Assembly (NCBI GenBank): GCA_900540955.1
Contig: UQIF01000001.1
Span: forward strand, 105,439 to 169,438
Direction of reading: 5' to 3'
DNA length: 64,000 nt
From: an uncultured Olsenella sp.
Lineage (GTDB): Bacteria; Actinomycetota; Coriobacteriia; Coriobacteriales; Atopobiaceae
Numbering within the stretch: the stretch's first letter is position 1; each line of letters opens with the position of its first letter. Made by a program: the position numbers and the translations under genes. Under the pieces are notes generated by a model. The model did not search any database and was not told the DNA's origin. It saw only the letters and a program-made list of their open reading frames with translations. This document shows, piece after piece, positions 16,968 through 26,735 of this stretch.

Positions 16968-18200
16968 TTAGGGGCGCTTGGTCCCGCAGCCGGAGCAGAA
17001 GTTGCCGGTGTTCTGGGTCCCGCAGTTGGGGCAGAACCAGGGGCCGGCGGCTTCAGGCTTGGGGTTTCCGCAGTTGCTGCAGAACTTGCCGGTGTTCTGG
17101 GCGCCGCACGAGCAGGTCCAGCCGCCTTCCGCCGCGGGGGCCGCGGCCACGCCGCCGACCGCCGCCGCGGGCGCCGCTTGGGCGGGAGCCTGCTGGGCAG
17201 CCTGGTTGAACAGCTGCGACGCGTTCATGCCGCCGACGCCGTTCGCCATGCCCATACCCATGAAGCCCATGGCTGCGCCGGAGGGGTTGGCCGCGGCGGT
17301 GCGCATGGCGTCGCTCTGGGCCGCGGCGATGTTTGCCGCCGCCATCGCGGGGTTGGCCATGACGGCCGCCTTCTGGAGGTCGCGGATCATCTGCTCCTGG
17401 TCCTCGGGCGCGGAGATGGTGTTGACACCGAAGGCCGCGATCTCGAGGCCACGCAGGTCCCTCCACTGGTGCGAGAGTTCCTCGTTCAGGGCGTCGGCGA
17501 GCTCCTTGGTGTGGGCGGGTACGGCGCTGTAGCGGATGCCCATCTCGGAGATGCGCGCGAACGCGGGCTGCAGCGCGGTCAGAAGCTCGCTCTTGAGCTG
17601 GGAGTCGATGAGGTCGCGGGTGTAGACGGAATCGACGTTGCCGCACACGTTCTTGTAGAACATCAGGGGGTCGACAAGCTTGTAGGAGTACTCGCCGTTG
17701 CAGCGGACGGTGATGTCGACGTCGAGGCCGATCTTGTTGTCGACCACGCGGAACGGCACGGGGCTCGCGGTGCCGTACTTGTTGCCGACGATCTCCTTGG
17801 TGTTGAAGTAGTAGACCCTCTGGTCCTTGCCGGCGTCCCCGCCGAAGGTGAAGCGGCGTCCGACCTGCTCGAACGACTTCTTAACCATGTCGCCGAGGTT
17901 GCCCGAAAAGACGGAGGGCTCGGTGCCGGTGTCGTAGACGAACTCGCCGGGCTCGGCGCAGACCTCGACGACCTCGCCGTTCTCGACGATCATCATGCAC
18001 TGGCCGTCGGCGACGGCCACGATGGAGCCGTCGGAGATGACGTTGTTCTCGCCCTTGGTGTTGGAGCTGCGGCCGCCGGTGCGCTTCTCGCCCTTGGCGA
18101 CCAGGGCGTCTGCGTCGAGAGACTCGCAATAGAAGTATTCGCGCCACTGATCGGCCAAAACGCCGCCAGCTGCCCCTACGCCTGCCTTAAGAAGTCCCAT
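16968..18200 (-). CDS. SPFH/band-7 domain protein with C-terminal tandem zinc ribbons
   Basis: 410 aa. SPFH-like core. C-terminal CSCGAQNTGKFCSNCG and CPNCGTQNTGNFCSGCG zinc-ribbon motifs. Confidence 0.7.
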   Translation of the reverse strand: MGLLKAGVGAAGGVLADQWREYFYCESLDADALVAKGEKRTGGRSSNTKGENNVISDGSIVAVADGQCMMIVENGEVVEVCAEPGEFVYDTGTEPSVFSGNLGDMVKKSFEQVGRRFTFGGDAGKDQRVYYFNTKEIVGNKYGTASPVPFRVVDNKIGLDVDITVRCNGEYSYKLVDPLMFYKNVCGNVDSVYTRDLIDSQLKSELLTALQPAFARISEMGIRYSAVPAHTKELADALNEELSHQWRDLRGLEIAAFGVNTISAPEDQEQMIRDLQKAAVMANPAMAAANIAAAQSDAMRTAAANPSGAAMGFMGMGMANGVGGMNASQLFNQAAQQAPAQAAPAAAVGGVAAAPAAEGGWTCSCGAQNTGKFCSNCGNPKPEAAGPWFCPNCGTQNTGNFCSGCGTKRP

Positions 18201-18236
18201 GATCTACCCCTTTCGTCGGTGGTGCTTGTCCGTTAG

Positions 18237-19535
18237 CTAGTCTTTCTTGCTCTCGTGGTGGATGCGCTCGGTCGTGGTGTAGTCGAAGCTGTCGTGGCTG
18301 TGCGTGATCTCGATGGAGTCGTTGTCGAGGTAGCGGTTGGCCTCGGAAGCCTCGACCGCGCTTCTCATCTGGGCCGTGAGCACCGCGCACACGAGGAGCA
18401 TGACGAGCAGCGGGACGAGGATGATGAAGCCCCACTGGATGAACTCCTCGTTCTCGGCGAGGAAGCCGCCGTAGTTGACGGCCGCGAAGCAGGCGGCAAA
18501 GAAGGCGGCGAAGACGCCCAGGCCGATGAGCGCGCGCTTCTTTTTGTCGATGGGCAGGTCGCCCACGAGGCGGCCCGTCTGCCCGTTCATGGCAAAGAGG
18601 AATTGCTGGCCTTCCCAGGTGGTGCCGAGCATCCAGACGGGCATGAGCGCGTAGACCGGGTCTGCCCATTTCTTCTCGACGTCGCAGCTCTCGCAGGACA
18701 CGGTGTCGTAGCCCTCGACGCTTTCGCGCAGGGCCTGCTCGACGCTCGAGTCGATTCGCTTCTGGGCGCGGTCGCGGCAGGTTTCGGCGTCCTCGTCGTA
18801 GCGGTTGGCGACGAAGCCGGGCATGTAGGCGACCGAGAAGGGCACGAGCGCCTCGTAGTCGTAGGGCTCGATGGCGTCCATGTGCGCGTCGGGCATCTTT
18901 GTGGAGCCGTCGACGGGGACGCGGGCGAAGGACATGGTGCCGTCGCGCTCGACCGTGAAGTGATCGGTCTCGATGACCTCGTCGTCGCCCTCGTAGTGGG
19001 TGCGCGAGCGCGTCGCCTCGAAGACGGCGCTGCCGGAGGCCTCGGTGTCGTAGAGCCAGAAGGGCACGTAGACGCCCTGCACCTCGTTGATGCGGTTGCC
19101 GCCGGCGAAGCTCTTCGGCAGCAGGATCTTGCCTTCATAGTGCTTGGCCAGGGCCTGCTTGGCGGCCTTGTGGTCGAGTTTGAAGGGAATCACGAGCTGG
19201 GGCCGGAAATCGCCGGCAAGGCGATCGGCCGCGACCACGGGGTTGCCGCAGTAGGGGCACTCGGAGACGGCGGTGCTCGCGTCGCAGACGAGCTCGGCGC
19301 CACAGGACGAGCACACGTAAGCGCCGTCGAGGCCGGACGCGTCGCTGGACGCGGAGACGGACACTTTCTGGGCCTTCTCCTCAGCCGCCTGCTGCTTGGA
19401 TGCGTAGCGGGTTTCGATGTCCGTTACGGCGAACTCGGAGTCGCAGTGGTCGCAGACGAGCAGGGCCTTCGCGCCGTCGTAACGCAGCGGGCCGCCGCAT
19501 GCCGGGCACTGATAGTTGACGCTCTCGATGCCCAT
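18237..19535 (-). CDS. zinc-ribbon-containing membrane-anchored protein, unknown function
   Basis: 432 aa. N-terminal CPACGG...CDHC and CSSCGA...CPYCGN ribbons. Central globular region. C-terminal 2 TM helices. Confidence 0.6.
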   Translation of the reverse strand: MGIESVNYQCPACGGPLRYDGAKALLVCDHCDSEFAVTDIETRYASKQQAAEEKAQKVSVSASSDASGLDGAYVCSSCGAELVCDASTAVSECPYCGNPVVAADRLAGDFRPQLVIPFKLDHKAAKQALAKHYEGKILLPKSFAGGNRINEVQGVYVPFWLYDTEASGSAVFEATRSRTHYEGDDEVIETDHFTVERDGTMSFARVPVDGSTKMPDAHMDAIEPYDYEALVPFSVAYMPGFVANRYDEDAETCRDRAQKRIDSSVEQALRESVEGYDTVSCESCDVEKKWADPVYALMPVWMLGTTWEGQQFLFAMNGQTGRLVGDLPIDKKKRALIGLGVFAAFFAACFAAVNYGGFLAENEEFIQWGFIILVPLLVMLLVCAVLTAQMRSAVEASEANRYLDNDSIEITHSHDSFDYTTTERIHHESKKD

Positions 19536-19767
19536 GGTCCTCTCCCTTCTCTTTTTCCGGGTTGGAAATTGTTAGCCCAAGTTTGGGGGAGGGGCGGCTC
19601 ATTTGTAATAACCCGGCGGCCCGAACGGGGTCGCCGGCTGGGACGTTTGGCCCATTTTCAGCTATACAAATCCTATATGGGAAAGAAGAAATAATGTATT
19701 TTTCATATCTGAGCCAGGCCCATATCATGTGAGTCCGAGAAACAAACTGATTCTTTGGAGGCACGTC

Positions 19768-19986
19768 ATGATACTTGGTATGGGCGCATCCGAGCTCGTA
19801 GTGATTCTTCTGGTCGCGCTGGTGATCTTCGGGCCCAAGAACCTCCCGAAGCTCGGTGCCTCCATGGGCAAGACGGTCAAGAACTTCCGCGAGGGCTTGG
19901 AGAGCGACGACGACCCCAAGCCAAAAGCCGCCGAGGCGCACGTGTCCGAGGCCGCGGCGGAGGACGCCGAAGACGCCGACGCGTAA
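19768..19986 (+). CDS. tatA: twin-arginine translocase subunit TatA/E
   Basis: MILGMGASELVVILLVALVIFGPKNLPKLGASMGKTVKNFREG is the classic TatA TM helix plus amphipathic helix. RBS GGAGG. Confidence 0.8.
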   Translation: MILGMGASELVVILLVALVIFGPKNLPKLGASMGKTVKNFREGLESDDDPKPKAAEAHVSEAAAEDAEDADA

Positions 19987-20019
19987 GCCCTGTCCTTATC
20001 AATAGATTTCCTCTTCCCA

Positions 20020-20062
20020 CAGCGACGCCCCCCCGGGACTCCTTCCCCTGGGGGCGTCGCTG
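20020..20062. terminator. 13-bp perfect-stem hairpin between convergent tatA and LysR genes
   Basis: CAGCGACGCCCCC-(16 nt loop)-GGGGGCGTCGCTG. No clear U-tract. Confidence 0.4.
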
Positions 20063-20098
20063 TGCGCTTATCAGCGCGGCGTATGAGGATCGGTTTGC

Positions 20099-20968
20099 CT
20101 ACGAAAGGTCGCCAAGAAGGGCGATGACGGTGCGGTAAAGGTCTGAGGGGGTGTGCTGGGCCTTCCAGATGACGGCGGCACGGCTCTCGAGCTCGCGGCA
20201 TTCGAGCGTCTTTATGAACTGGTCGCCGGTGTCGGTCACGCGGATCAGCGAGCGGGGCACGAGCGCGCACCCCATCGACTCGCGCGCCCACAGCGCCGCG
20301 GTGCGCGGGTCGTCGACGACGGTGGTCATGCGCAGGTCCCCTCCCATGACCTCGAATGCCTTCCCGAGCTCGGCGACGAGCCTCCTGCTCACGATGAGGG
20401 GCAGGCCGGACAGATCCTCCAAGGTGCAGGAGGCCTCCTCGCCGACCTCGAGCGCGGGCGGCATGACGGCGACCAGGGGCTCGGTCTCGGCAAAGCGGCA
20501 ACGCAGCCCGTCGCTTTTGAAGGGCGTCCTCACGACGCCGATGTCCACAATGCCGCCGTCGAGGAGGTCGAGTATCGATGGGGTCGGCCCTTCACGCACC
20601 TCGAACTCCACGTTGGGAAAGCGCCGGTGAAGGTCGACAAGGCGATCCGCGGGCATGAGGCCCGAGCAGCTCGGGTCGACGCCGAGCGAGATGGAGCCGC
20701 CGGCGCCGGTGGCGACGCTGGCCACCTCGCGCTCGGTCGCCTGCGTGAGGGCCACGATCCTCAAGGCGCGCTCGTAGAGCACCTTGCCGGCCTCGGTAAG
20801 CGACACGCTTCGCGGGCCGCGCACGGCGAGCTGACAGCCGAGCTCCTTCTCGAGCTTGGCGAGCTCGTAGGACAGCGGCGGCTGCGATATGTGCAGGCGT
20901 TTGGCGGCCGCAGTGATCTGATGCTCCTCTGCGATGGCGATGAAGTACTCGAGCTGTTTGATATTCAT
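20099..20968 (-). CDS. LysR-family transcriptional regulator
   Basis: Start MNIKQLEYFIAIAEEHQITAAAKRLHISQPPLS plus a LysR substrate-binding domain. The longer ORF start at 21040 was rejected. Confidence 0.8.
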   Translation of the reverse strand: MNIKQLEYFIAIAEEHQITAAAKRLHISQPPLSYELAKLEKELGCQLAVRGPRSVSLTEAGKVLYERALRIVALTQATEREVASVATGAGGSISLGVDPSCSGLMPADRLVDLHRRFPNVEFEVREGPTPSILDLLDGGIVDIGVVRTPFKSDGLRCRFAETEPLVAVMPPALEVGEEASCTLEDLSGLPLIVSRRLVAELGKAFEVMGGDLRMTTVVDDPRTAALWARESMGCALVPRSLIRVTDTGDQFIKTLECRELESRAAVIWKAQHTPSDLYRTVIALLGDLS

Positions 20969-21113
20969 ATGAAATATCTTTCTGAGAGACGCATGATATA
21001 TATTCAGTATATACATCATCACATGACTATCACAAGACAAGGTTCTTACAGGCGCTCAGCGCTGCCCGGGGTATCCTACAGATGACAACAAAGGACAAAG
21101 AGAGGAGAACACA

Positions 21114-21332
21114 ATGTCCATTAAGAATCTGAACGATAAGCAGCGTAAGGTCTACGAGGCGTGCCGCAACGGCTGGTTGGTCGGCGGTGAATACCGTGCG
21201 AAGTTTGATAACCACGAGAAGGACTTCTTCGCGGATTCCCCAAGTTGGCTATTCCGTGAGGTCGACGATTGGTTCGCGAGCCACGCCAAGAATCACAGCG
21301 ACTCGAGCATTCTGGTCAATTACCGCGCATAG
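21114..21332 (+). CDS. small hypothetical protein in a low-GC islet
   Basis: 72 aa with RBS AGAGGAGAA. Local GC ~48% versus ~65% elsewhere. Divergent from the LysR gene and followed by an intrinsic terminator. Confidence 0.35.
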   Translation: MSIKNLNDKQRKVYEACRNGWLVGGEYRAKFDNHEKDFFADSPSWLFREVDDWFASHAKNHSDSSILVNYRA

Positions 21333-21343
21333 TTCCAAAGAGG

Positions 21344-21374
21344 TTGGGGAGCCGAGAAAGGCTCCTTTTTCTTT
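21344..21374. terminator. intrinsic terminator (bidirectional position)
   Basis: GGGGAGCC-gagaaa-GGCTCC followed by TTTTTCTTT. Overlaps the stop of the convergent M20 peptidase gene. Confidence 0.5.
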
Positions 21375-22542
21375 AGCCCTTCATCTGTACGGTCTCGGCG
21401 CAGGTGGACAGCATGAGTCCCAGGACAAGCGCGAGGCCAGGCTCTAAGCTCTGCTTGTCGATCCATTCCTCGCGCGTGTGGAGCAAGGCTCCCGATACGG
21501 CCCCCACGGTATGGGCCGGGACTCCGAGCGATAGCGGGATATTCGCGTCGGTGGACGACTCTTGGTGGGCGGGCTCAACGCCCCCGAGCGTCCGGATCGC
21601 CTCGTCTCCCAGGTCGACGAGGCCAGACTGGCCCTCGGGCTGCGAGGCCAGGCTTGCGGGGCGGTCGCCGATGAGCTTGACCTCGACGTCGGCGTCCCCG
21701 GTGCGGGCCGACCTCACTATCTCCTTGAATTTTTCGTCCATGTAATCCAGGTTCTCTTGCCTGGCGGAGCGGTACTCGAGCAGCGCGGACGCCCTCGAGG
21801 CAATGGCGTTCACCGCACCGCCCCCTTCTATCGCGCCGACGTTGACGGTGGTCTTTCCCTCATCGGGCAAGGGAATCGCGTAGAGCCCCTCGACGACGCG
21901 GCAGACGGACTCGACGGCGCTTTGGCGCCCCGCGTCCTCCCATGAGTGGCCGCCCTGCGTCTCGACCTCGACGCGCCAGCGGTGGGAACCCACCGCGCGA
22001 GTTATGTGCTGGCCGAGGTACAGGTCGAACGCCGTGAAGTCGGCGACCTCAAGGCCGGCCTCCTTCAGGTCAACGATGAGCCTGCGCGTCCCCGCGAGAT
22101 TGCCCAGGCCCTCCTCGCAGGTGTTCGCCACCACCCACACGTCATGCTTGAGGCGCGGCTTATGGGCGAGTATCCATTTGGTAGCCATCAAAAGTCCCGT
22201 GAGGTTGGCGGTGTCGTCGCCGACGCCGGGCGCGTAGATTCGGGCCTTGTCCTCTCGCAAGGGGAGGGTCTCCTCGTCTTGCGCCACGACGTCCATGTGC
22301 GCCGAGAAGACCGACGCCGTGTGGCGGTCCGCGCCCTCGAGTCGGCAGATGACGTTGCCGCTGGGATCGATGAAGACCTTGTCCGCGCCCGCTTCCTGGA
22401 GCCATGTCTTCACGAACGCGGCGCGCCTTCCCTCCTTGCCGGACGGCGCGGGGATCTTCGCGAGCTGCCGTAGGAGCTCGAGCTCCTCCCCGTGAGCCTC
22501 ACGCGCATATGCTTTTGCTGTATTTGAAATCCCCTGGTCCAC
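21373..22542 (-). CDS. M20-family metallopeptidase/deacylase (candidate N-acetyl-diaminopimelate deacetylase or similar)
   Basis: 389 aa, ArgE/DapE/peptidase-T-like, with metal-binding motifs (HMDVV, GVGDD, NTCEEG). Divergent from the lysA-dap cluster that contains dapH. Confidence 0.75.
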   Translation of the reverse strand: MDQGISNTAKAYAREAHGEELELLRQLAKIPAPSGKEGRRAAFVKTWLQEAGADKVFIDPSGNVICRLEGADRHTASVFSAHMDVVAQDEETLPLREDKARIYAPGVGDDTANLTGLLMATKWILAHKPRLKHDVWVVANTCEEGLGNLAGTRRLIVDLKEAGLEVADFTAFDLYLGQHITRAVGSHRWRVEVETQGGHSWEDAGRQSAVESVCRVVEGLYAIPLPDEGKTTVNVGAIEGGGAVNAIASRASALLEYRSARQENLDYMDEKFKEIVRSARTGDADVEVKLIGDRPASLASQPEGQSGLVDLGDEAIRTLGGVEPAHQESSTDANIPLSLGVPAHTVGAVSGALLHTREEWIDKQSLEPGLALVLGLMLSTCAETVQMKG

Positions 22543-22674
22543 GACGCCTCCCGATTTGTCAGCAGCTGTGCCTGAGTCTACGCCTTATCCGCGCTTCGCC
22601 CGTCTAAGGTGGCCACAGTGTTTCATCTCCGTGTTCTGGGTTGAGCCACGCTGCTGGCGGTGTTAGGGTTTTTC

Positions 22675-22850
22675 TCATCGATAGAGGAGCGGGCACGAAG
22701 AAGCCCGGGGGAGCCGGCAGGCGCAAGAACCCCGAGCGGAGGCGAGGCTCGCCGAACTGTACTCGTCGGGCACGGCGATGCGGTGGGCCTGCGGGAAATA
22801 CCCCCAGGACTGTCTGCGACAATACGTCGCGGGAGCGCTATCACATGGGA
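22675..22850 (+). ncRNA. candidate lysine riboswitch (L-box) in lysA leader
   Basis: ~360-nt 5' UTR. Segments AGAGGAGCGGGC..., GCCGAAC, GGGAAAUACCCCCAGGACUGUC and GGGAGCGCUAUC resemble L-box conserved blocks (AGAGGNGC, GCCGAAG, CUGUCA, GGAGAGCGCUAUC-like). Read by eye only. Confidence 0.4.
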
Positions 22851-22921
22851 CCGGCTTCTTGGCCGGCAGCCCGCCTGATCGCGCGCCCGCCCGAGGAATT
22901 CGAGAGCAAGGAGACGCGCGC

Positions 22922-24199
22922 ATGGACAAGTGCCCGTTCATAAGCAAAGAGAAGCTCGAGGCCATCTGCACCGAGTACCCCACTCCGTTCTATCTCTACG
23001 ACGAGGCGGAGATTCGCCGTCGCGCGCGTGCGCTCAACCAGGCGTTCTCGTGGAACCCCGGGTTCAAGGAGTACTTCGCCGTGAAGGCCACCCCCAACCC
23101 TTGGATCGTGAGCATCCTCGCCGAGGAAGGCTGTGGCTGCGACTGCGCGACCGGCACCGAGCTTGCGCTTGCCGAGGCCTGCGGGGTCACGGGGGCCGAC
23201 ATCATGCTCTCGAGCAACGACACCCCCGACGAGGACTATCGCCAGGCGCGCGACCTCGGCGCCATCATCAATCTCGACAGCCTCGACATGGTCGGCTGTC
23301 TCGAGCGCGCCCTTGACGGCGAGCTCCCGAAGATGGTGTGCTGCCGCGTGAACCCCGGCGGCGACTTCGAGGCGGCCAACGGCATCATCGGCAACCCCCA
23401 GGACGCGAAGTTCGGCATGACCGTGGCGCAGCTCGAGGAGGCCTTCTCGCGCCTGGCGGCCCTCGGCGTCGAGGACTTCGGCATCCACGCGTTTCTTGCC
23501 AGCAACACGCAGGTCGACGACTACTACCCGCGCCTTGCCCGCCTGCTGTTCGAGGAGGCGGTCCGTCTTCGCGATAAGCTCGGCGTCCACGTGGTGCTCA
23601 TCGACCTGTCCGGCGGCATCGGCGTCGACTACCGCCCGGAGGACCCGGCGGCCGACATCACTGCCATCGGCGAGGGCGTGCGCCGCGCGTACGAGGACGT
23701 GCTTTTGCCCGCCGGCATGGGGGACGTGAGGATCTGCTCCGAGCTTGGCCGCTGGATGCTCGCGCCCGCCGGCGCCCTCGTGACCCGCGTCATCCACGAG
23801 AAGGTCACCTACAAGGACTATCTCGGCGTCGACGCGTGCGCCGCCAACCTCATGCGCCCGGCGATCTACGACGCCTACCACCACATTAGCGTGATGGGCA
23901 AGGAAGACGAGCCCGCGACGCGCCCCTACAACGTCGTCGGCCGCCTCTGCGAGAACAACGACCAGTTCGCCCACGACCGGATGCTCCCCGAGACCTCCAT
24001 CGGCGACCTGCTCTTCATCCACGACGCCGGCGCCCACGGCTTTAGCATGGGCTACAACTACAACGGAAGCCTCCGCTCGGCCGAGCTGCTTCTCAAGGAA
24101 AACGGCGAGGTCCAGAAGATCCGCCGCGCCGAGACCCGCGCGGACTACTTCGCCACCTTCGATGACGACCCGCGTTTCTCCGCATTGGCACAGAAGTGA
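22922..24199 (+). CDS. lysA: diaminopimelate decarboxylase
   Basis: 426 aa MDKCPFISKEKLEAICTEYPTPFYLYDEAEIRRRA. PLP fold-III decarboxylase motifs (YAVKA, EPGR-like). Confidence 0.9.
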   Translation: MDKCPFISKEKLEAICTEYPTPFYLYDEAEIRRRARALNQAFSWNPGFKEYFAVKATPNPWIVSILAEEGCGCDCATGTELALAEACGVTGADIMLSSNDTPDEDYRQARDLGAIINLDSLDMVGCLERALDGELPKMVCCRVNPGGDFEAANGIIGNPQDAKFGMTVAQLEEAFSRLAALGVEDFGIHAFLASNTQVDDYYPRLARLLFEEAVRLRDKLGVHVVLIDLSGGIGVDYRPEDPAADITAIGEGVRRAYEDVLLPAGMGDVRICSELGRWMLAPAGALVTRVIHEKVTYKDYLGVDACAANLMRPAIYDAYHHISVMGKEDEPATRPYNVVGRLCENNDQFAHDRMLPETSIGDLLFIHDAGAHGFSMGYNYNGSLRSAELLLKENGEVQKIRRAETRADYFATFDDDPRFSALAQK

Positions 24200-24253
24200 C
24201 AAGAAGGGCAATTTCTTCTTGGCATCAAAAAGATCTATGAAGGGAACTTCACC

Positions 24254-25144
24254 ATGGACATGAAAAACCTCACGGGATCCGTCGTCGCCCTCGTCACCCC
24301 GTTCAAGAAGGACGGCAGTGTCGACTTCGAGCGCCTCGAGGGCCTCGTCGACTTTCACCTGGCCAACGGCACCGACGGCATTCTCGTGCTCGGGACGACG
24401 GGCGAGTCCGCCACGATGACGGATTCCGAGGACCTGTCCGTCGCCGAGTGCGTCGTGCAGCGCGTCGCCGGCCGTGTCCCCGTGATCGGCGGCTCGGGCT
24501 CCAACTGCACCGGCGAGTCGCTGCGCAAGTCGCTCGAGCTGCAGAAGCTCGGCGTCGACGGCCTGCTCATCATCTCGCCTTATTACAACAAGACCAACGA
24601 GGAGGGCATGTACCACCACCTCGCAGATGTCATGGACGTCGTCAATGTTCCGTGCATCCTCTACAACATCCCCGGCCGCACCGGGTGCAAGATCAGCCCC
24701 GCTGTGGTCGAGCGCCTCTCCGCGCACCCCAACGCCTGGGGCATCAAGGAGGCCTCCGGGGACATCTCCTACGCGGCGAGCATCGCGCACTGCCTCTCGG
24801 ACGATTTCCACATGATGAGCGGCAACGACGACATGATCGTGCCCCTGATGTCGCTCGGCGCCGTGGGCGTCATCTCGGTGTGGGCCGACGTCGCCCCGCG
24901 CACCGTCCACGACCTGTGCGCCAAGTTCCTCGCCGGCGACCTGGCGGGTGCCCGCAAGCTCCAGATCGACAACCTCGAGCTCATCCACTCGCTTTTCTGC
25001 GAGGTCAACCCGATCCCGGTCAAGGCAGCCTTGGCAAAGATGGGCCTTCTCGACGAGAATTACCGTAAGCCGCTTTGGCCCATGAATGATTCCGACCGCG
25101 AGCGCCTCTACGCCGCGATGAAGGGGGCTGGTTTGATTGACTAA
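24254..25144 (+). CDS. dapA: 4-hydroxy-tetrahydrodipicolinate synthase
   Basis: MDMKNLTGSVVALVTPFKKDGSVDFERL... and GTTGES, the DapA signature. Confidence 0.9.
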   Translation: MDMKNLTGSVVALVTPFKKDGSVDFERLEGLVDFHLANGTDGILVLGTTGESATMTDSEDLSVAECVVQRVAGRVPVIGGSGSNCTGESLRKSLELQKLGVDGLLIISPYYNKTNEEGMYHHLADVMDVVNVPCILYNIPGRTGCKISPAVVERLSAHPNAWGIKEASGDISYAASIAHCLSDDFHMMSGNDDMIVPLMSLGAVGVISVWADVAPRTVHDLCAKFLAGDLAGARKLQIDNLELIHSLFCEVNPIPVKAALAKMGLLDENYRKPLWPMNDSDRERLYAAMKGAGLID

Positions 25145-25883
25145 CGCAGGGGACGTGCAGCTCACGAGCGTGATTCTCGTCGGCGGAGGCCGCATGGGCA
25201 AGCTCATCGCGCAGAAGCTCGACGCCGACGGCGGCTTTGCCGTGGAGGGCATCTACGACGTGGACAACGCCGACGAGCTCGACGGCCGCGCGCCTGTGGT
25301 CGACCTCGTCATCGACTTCTCGAACAAGGCCGGGCTTCCTCACGTGCTCGCCTACGTCGAGCGCACCGGAGCGGCCCTCGTCTCGGGCACCACGGGCTTC
25401 GACGACGAGGAGCTCGGCCGCCTGCGCGCCCTCGGCCAGAAGACGCGCGTGATCCACTCCTTCAACTACTCGCTCGGCGTGGCCGCCTTGAAGCGCGCCT
25501 GCACCCAGGCGGCGCTGGCCCTCGGCGAGTGGGACTGCGAGATCGTGGAGACCCACCACAACAAGAAGGTTGACGCGCCTTCCGGCACCGCGGTGCTGCT
25601 GCTCGACGCCGTCGACCCCAACCACGAGTGCGCCGTGGCTTACGGCCGCGAGGGGATGGTGGGGGAGCGCCCCGCCAAGGAGATCGGTATGCACTCGCTT
25701 CGCGGCGGCACCGTCGCGGGCACGCATGAGGTGCACTTCTTCGGCACCGACGAGGAGGTCTGCCTCACGCACCGCGCGACGAGCCGCCAGATCTTCGTCA
25801 ACGGCGCCGTCGCCGCGGCGAAGCGTCTGCTCGCTCGCAAGGAGAACGGCTTCTACTCCTTCGACCAGCTCATGTTCGAGTAG
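25137..25883 (+). CDS. dapB: 4-hydroxy-tetrahydrodipicolinate reductase
   Basis: [13 protein letters not shown] Rossmann motif and E(I/V)VE(T/A)HH motif ([19 protein letters not shown]). TTG start with RBS AAGGGGG; start position uncertain (alternative GTG starts at ~25155/25170). Confidence 0.8.
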   Translation: MTNAGDVQLTSVILVGGGRMGKLIAQKLDADGGFAVEGIYDVDNADELDGRAPVVDLVIDFSNKAGLPHVLAYVERTGAALVSGTTGFDDEELGRLRALGQKTRVIHSFNYSLGVAALKRACTQAALALGEWDCEIVETHHNKKVDAPSGTAVLLLDAVDPNHECAVAYGREGMVGERPAKEIGMHSLRGGTVAGTHEVHFFGTDEEVCLTHRATSRQIFVNGAVAAAKRLLARKENGFYSFDQLMFE

Positions 25884-25926
25884 GGCGGGAACCCCGCCTC
25901 ATCCCCAGAAAGGACTCGCCTGCCCA

Positions 25927-26631
25927 ATGGACGCACAGGAGATCATCAACTACATCGCGACCGCCCCGAAGAAGACCCCGGTCAAGGTCTACCTCAAGCT
26001 CAAGGAGGGGGCGTCGATCGACCTCTCTTGCGCAGACCACGTCTTCGGCAGCGACGCCTGCAAGGTCGTGTTCGGCGACTGGGAGAAGCTCGGCCCCGTC
26101 CTCGAGGCGGCGTCGGACTCCATCGCCGACAAGGTCGTGGAGAACGACGGCCGCAACACTGGCGTGCCCATGCTGAGCAAGCTCGACATCCGCGCCCGCA
26201 TCGAGCCGGGCGCTATCATCCGTGAGAAGGTCGAGATCGGCGACAACGCCGTCATCATGATGGGCGCCGTCATCAACATCGGCTCCGTGATCGGTGAGGG
26301 CACGATGATCGACATGGGCGCCGTCCTGGGCGGACGGGCGACCGTGGGCAAGAGGTGCCACATCGGCGCCGGCACTGTGCTCGCCGGAGTCGTCGAGCCC
26401 GCCAGCGCAACGCCCGTCATCGTCGAGGACGACGTTCTCATCGGCGCGAACGCCGTGGTGCTCGAGGGCGTCCGCGTGGGGCGCGGCGCGGTCGTCGCGG
26501 CGGGCGCGGTGTGCGTGGAGGACGTCCCGGCCGGCGCCGTCGTGGCCGGCGTGCCCGCCCGCGTGATCAAGCAGGCCGACGAGGTCGCGGCCGGCAAGGT
26601 GTCCCTCGTCGACGCGCTGAGGAACCTCTAG
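25927..26631 (+). CDS. dapH: tetrahydrodipicolinate N-acyltransferase, hexapeptide-repeat (DapH-type by size)
   Basis: 234 aa with left-handed beta-helix hexapeptide repeats ([26 protein letters not shown]...). Size fits the DapH/N-acetyltransferase branch rather than DapD. Confidence 0.7.
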   Translation: MDAQEIINYIATAPKKTPVKVYLKLKEGASIDLSCADHVFGSDACKVVFGDWEKLGPVLEAASDSIADKVVENDGRNTGVPMLSKLDIRARIEPGAIIREKVEIGDNAVIMMGAVINIGSVIGEGTMIDMGAVLGGRATVGKRCHIGAGTVLAGVVEPASATPVIVEDDVLIGANAVVLEGVRVGRGAVVAAGAVCVEDVPAGAVVAGVPARVIKQADEVAAGKVSLVDALRNL

Positions 26632-26735
26632 GTGCATTCGGATTCCCGTACCGTGAACTGACGGCCTCCGGCGCAATGCACCGGGGGCCGTCGCTTTTGG
26701 TCTCGGCCGAGCGGGCAGGATTTCCCCTTGAGCGG

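Noticed and set aside
22841-25252. 803-aa antisense ORF across lysA/dapA.
   Set aside because: Spans two well-conserved sense genes. High-GC antisense artefact.
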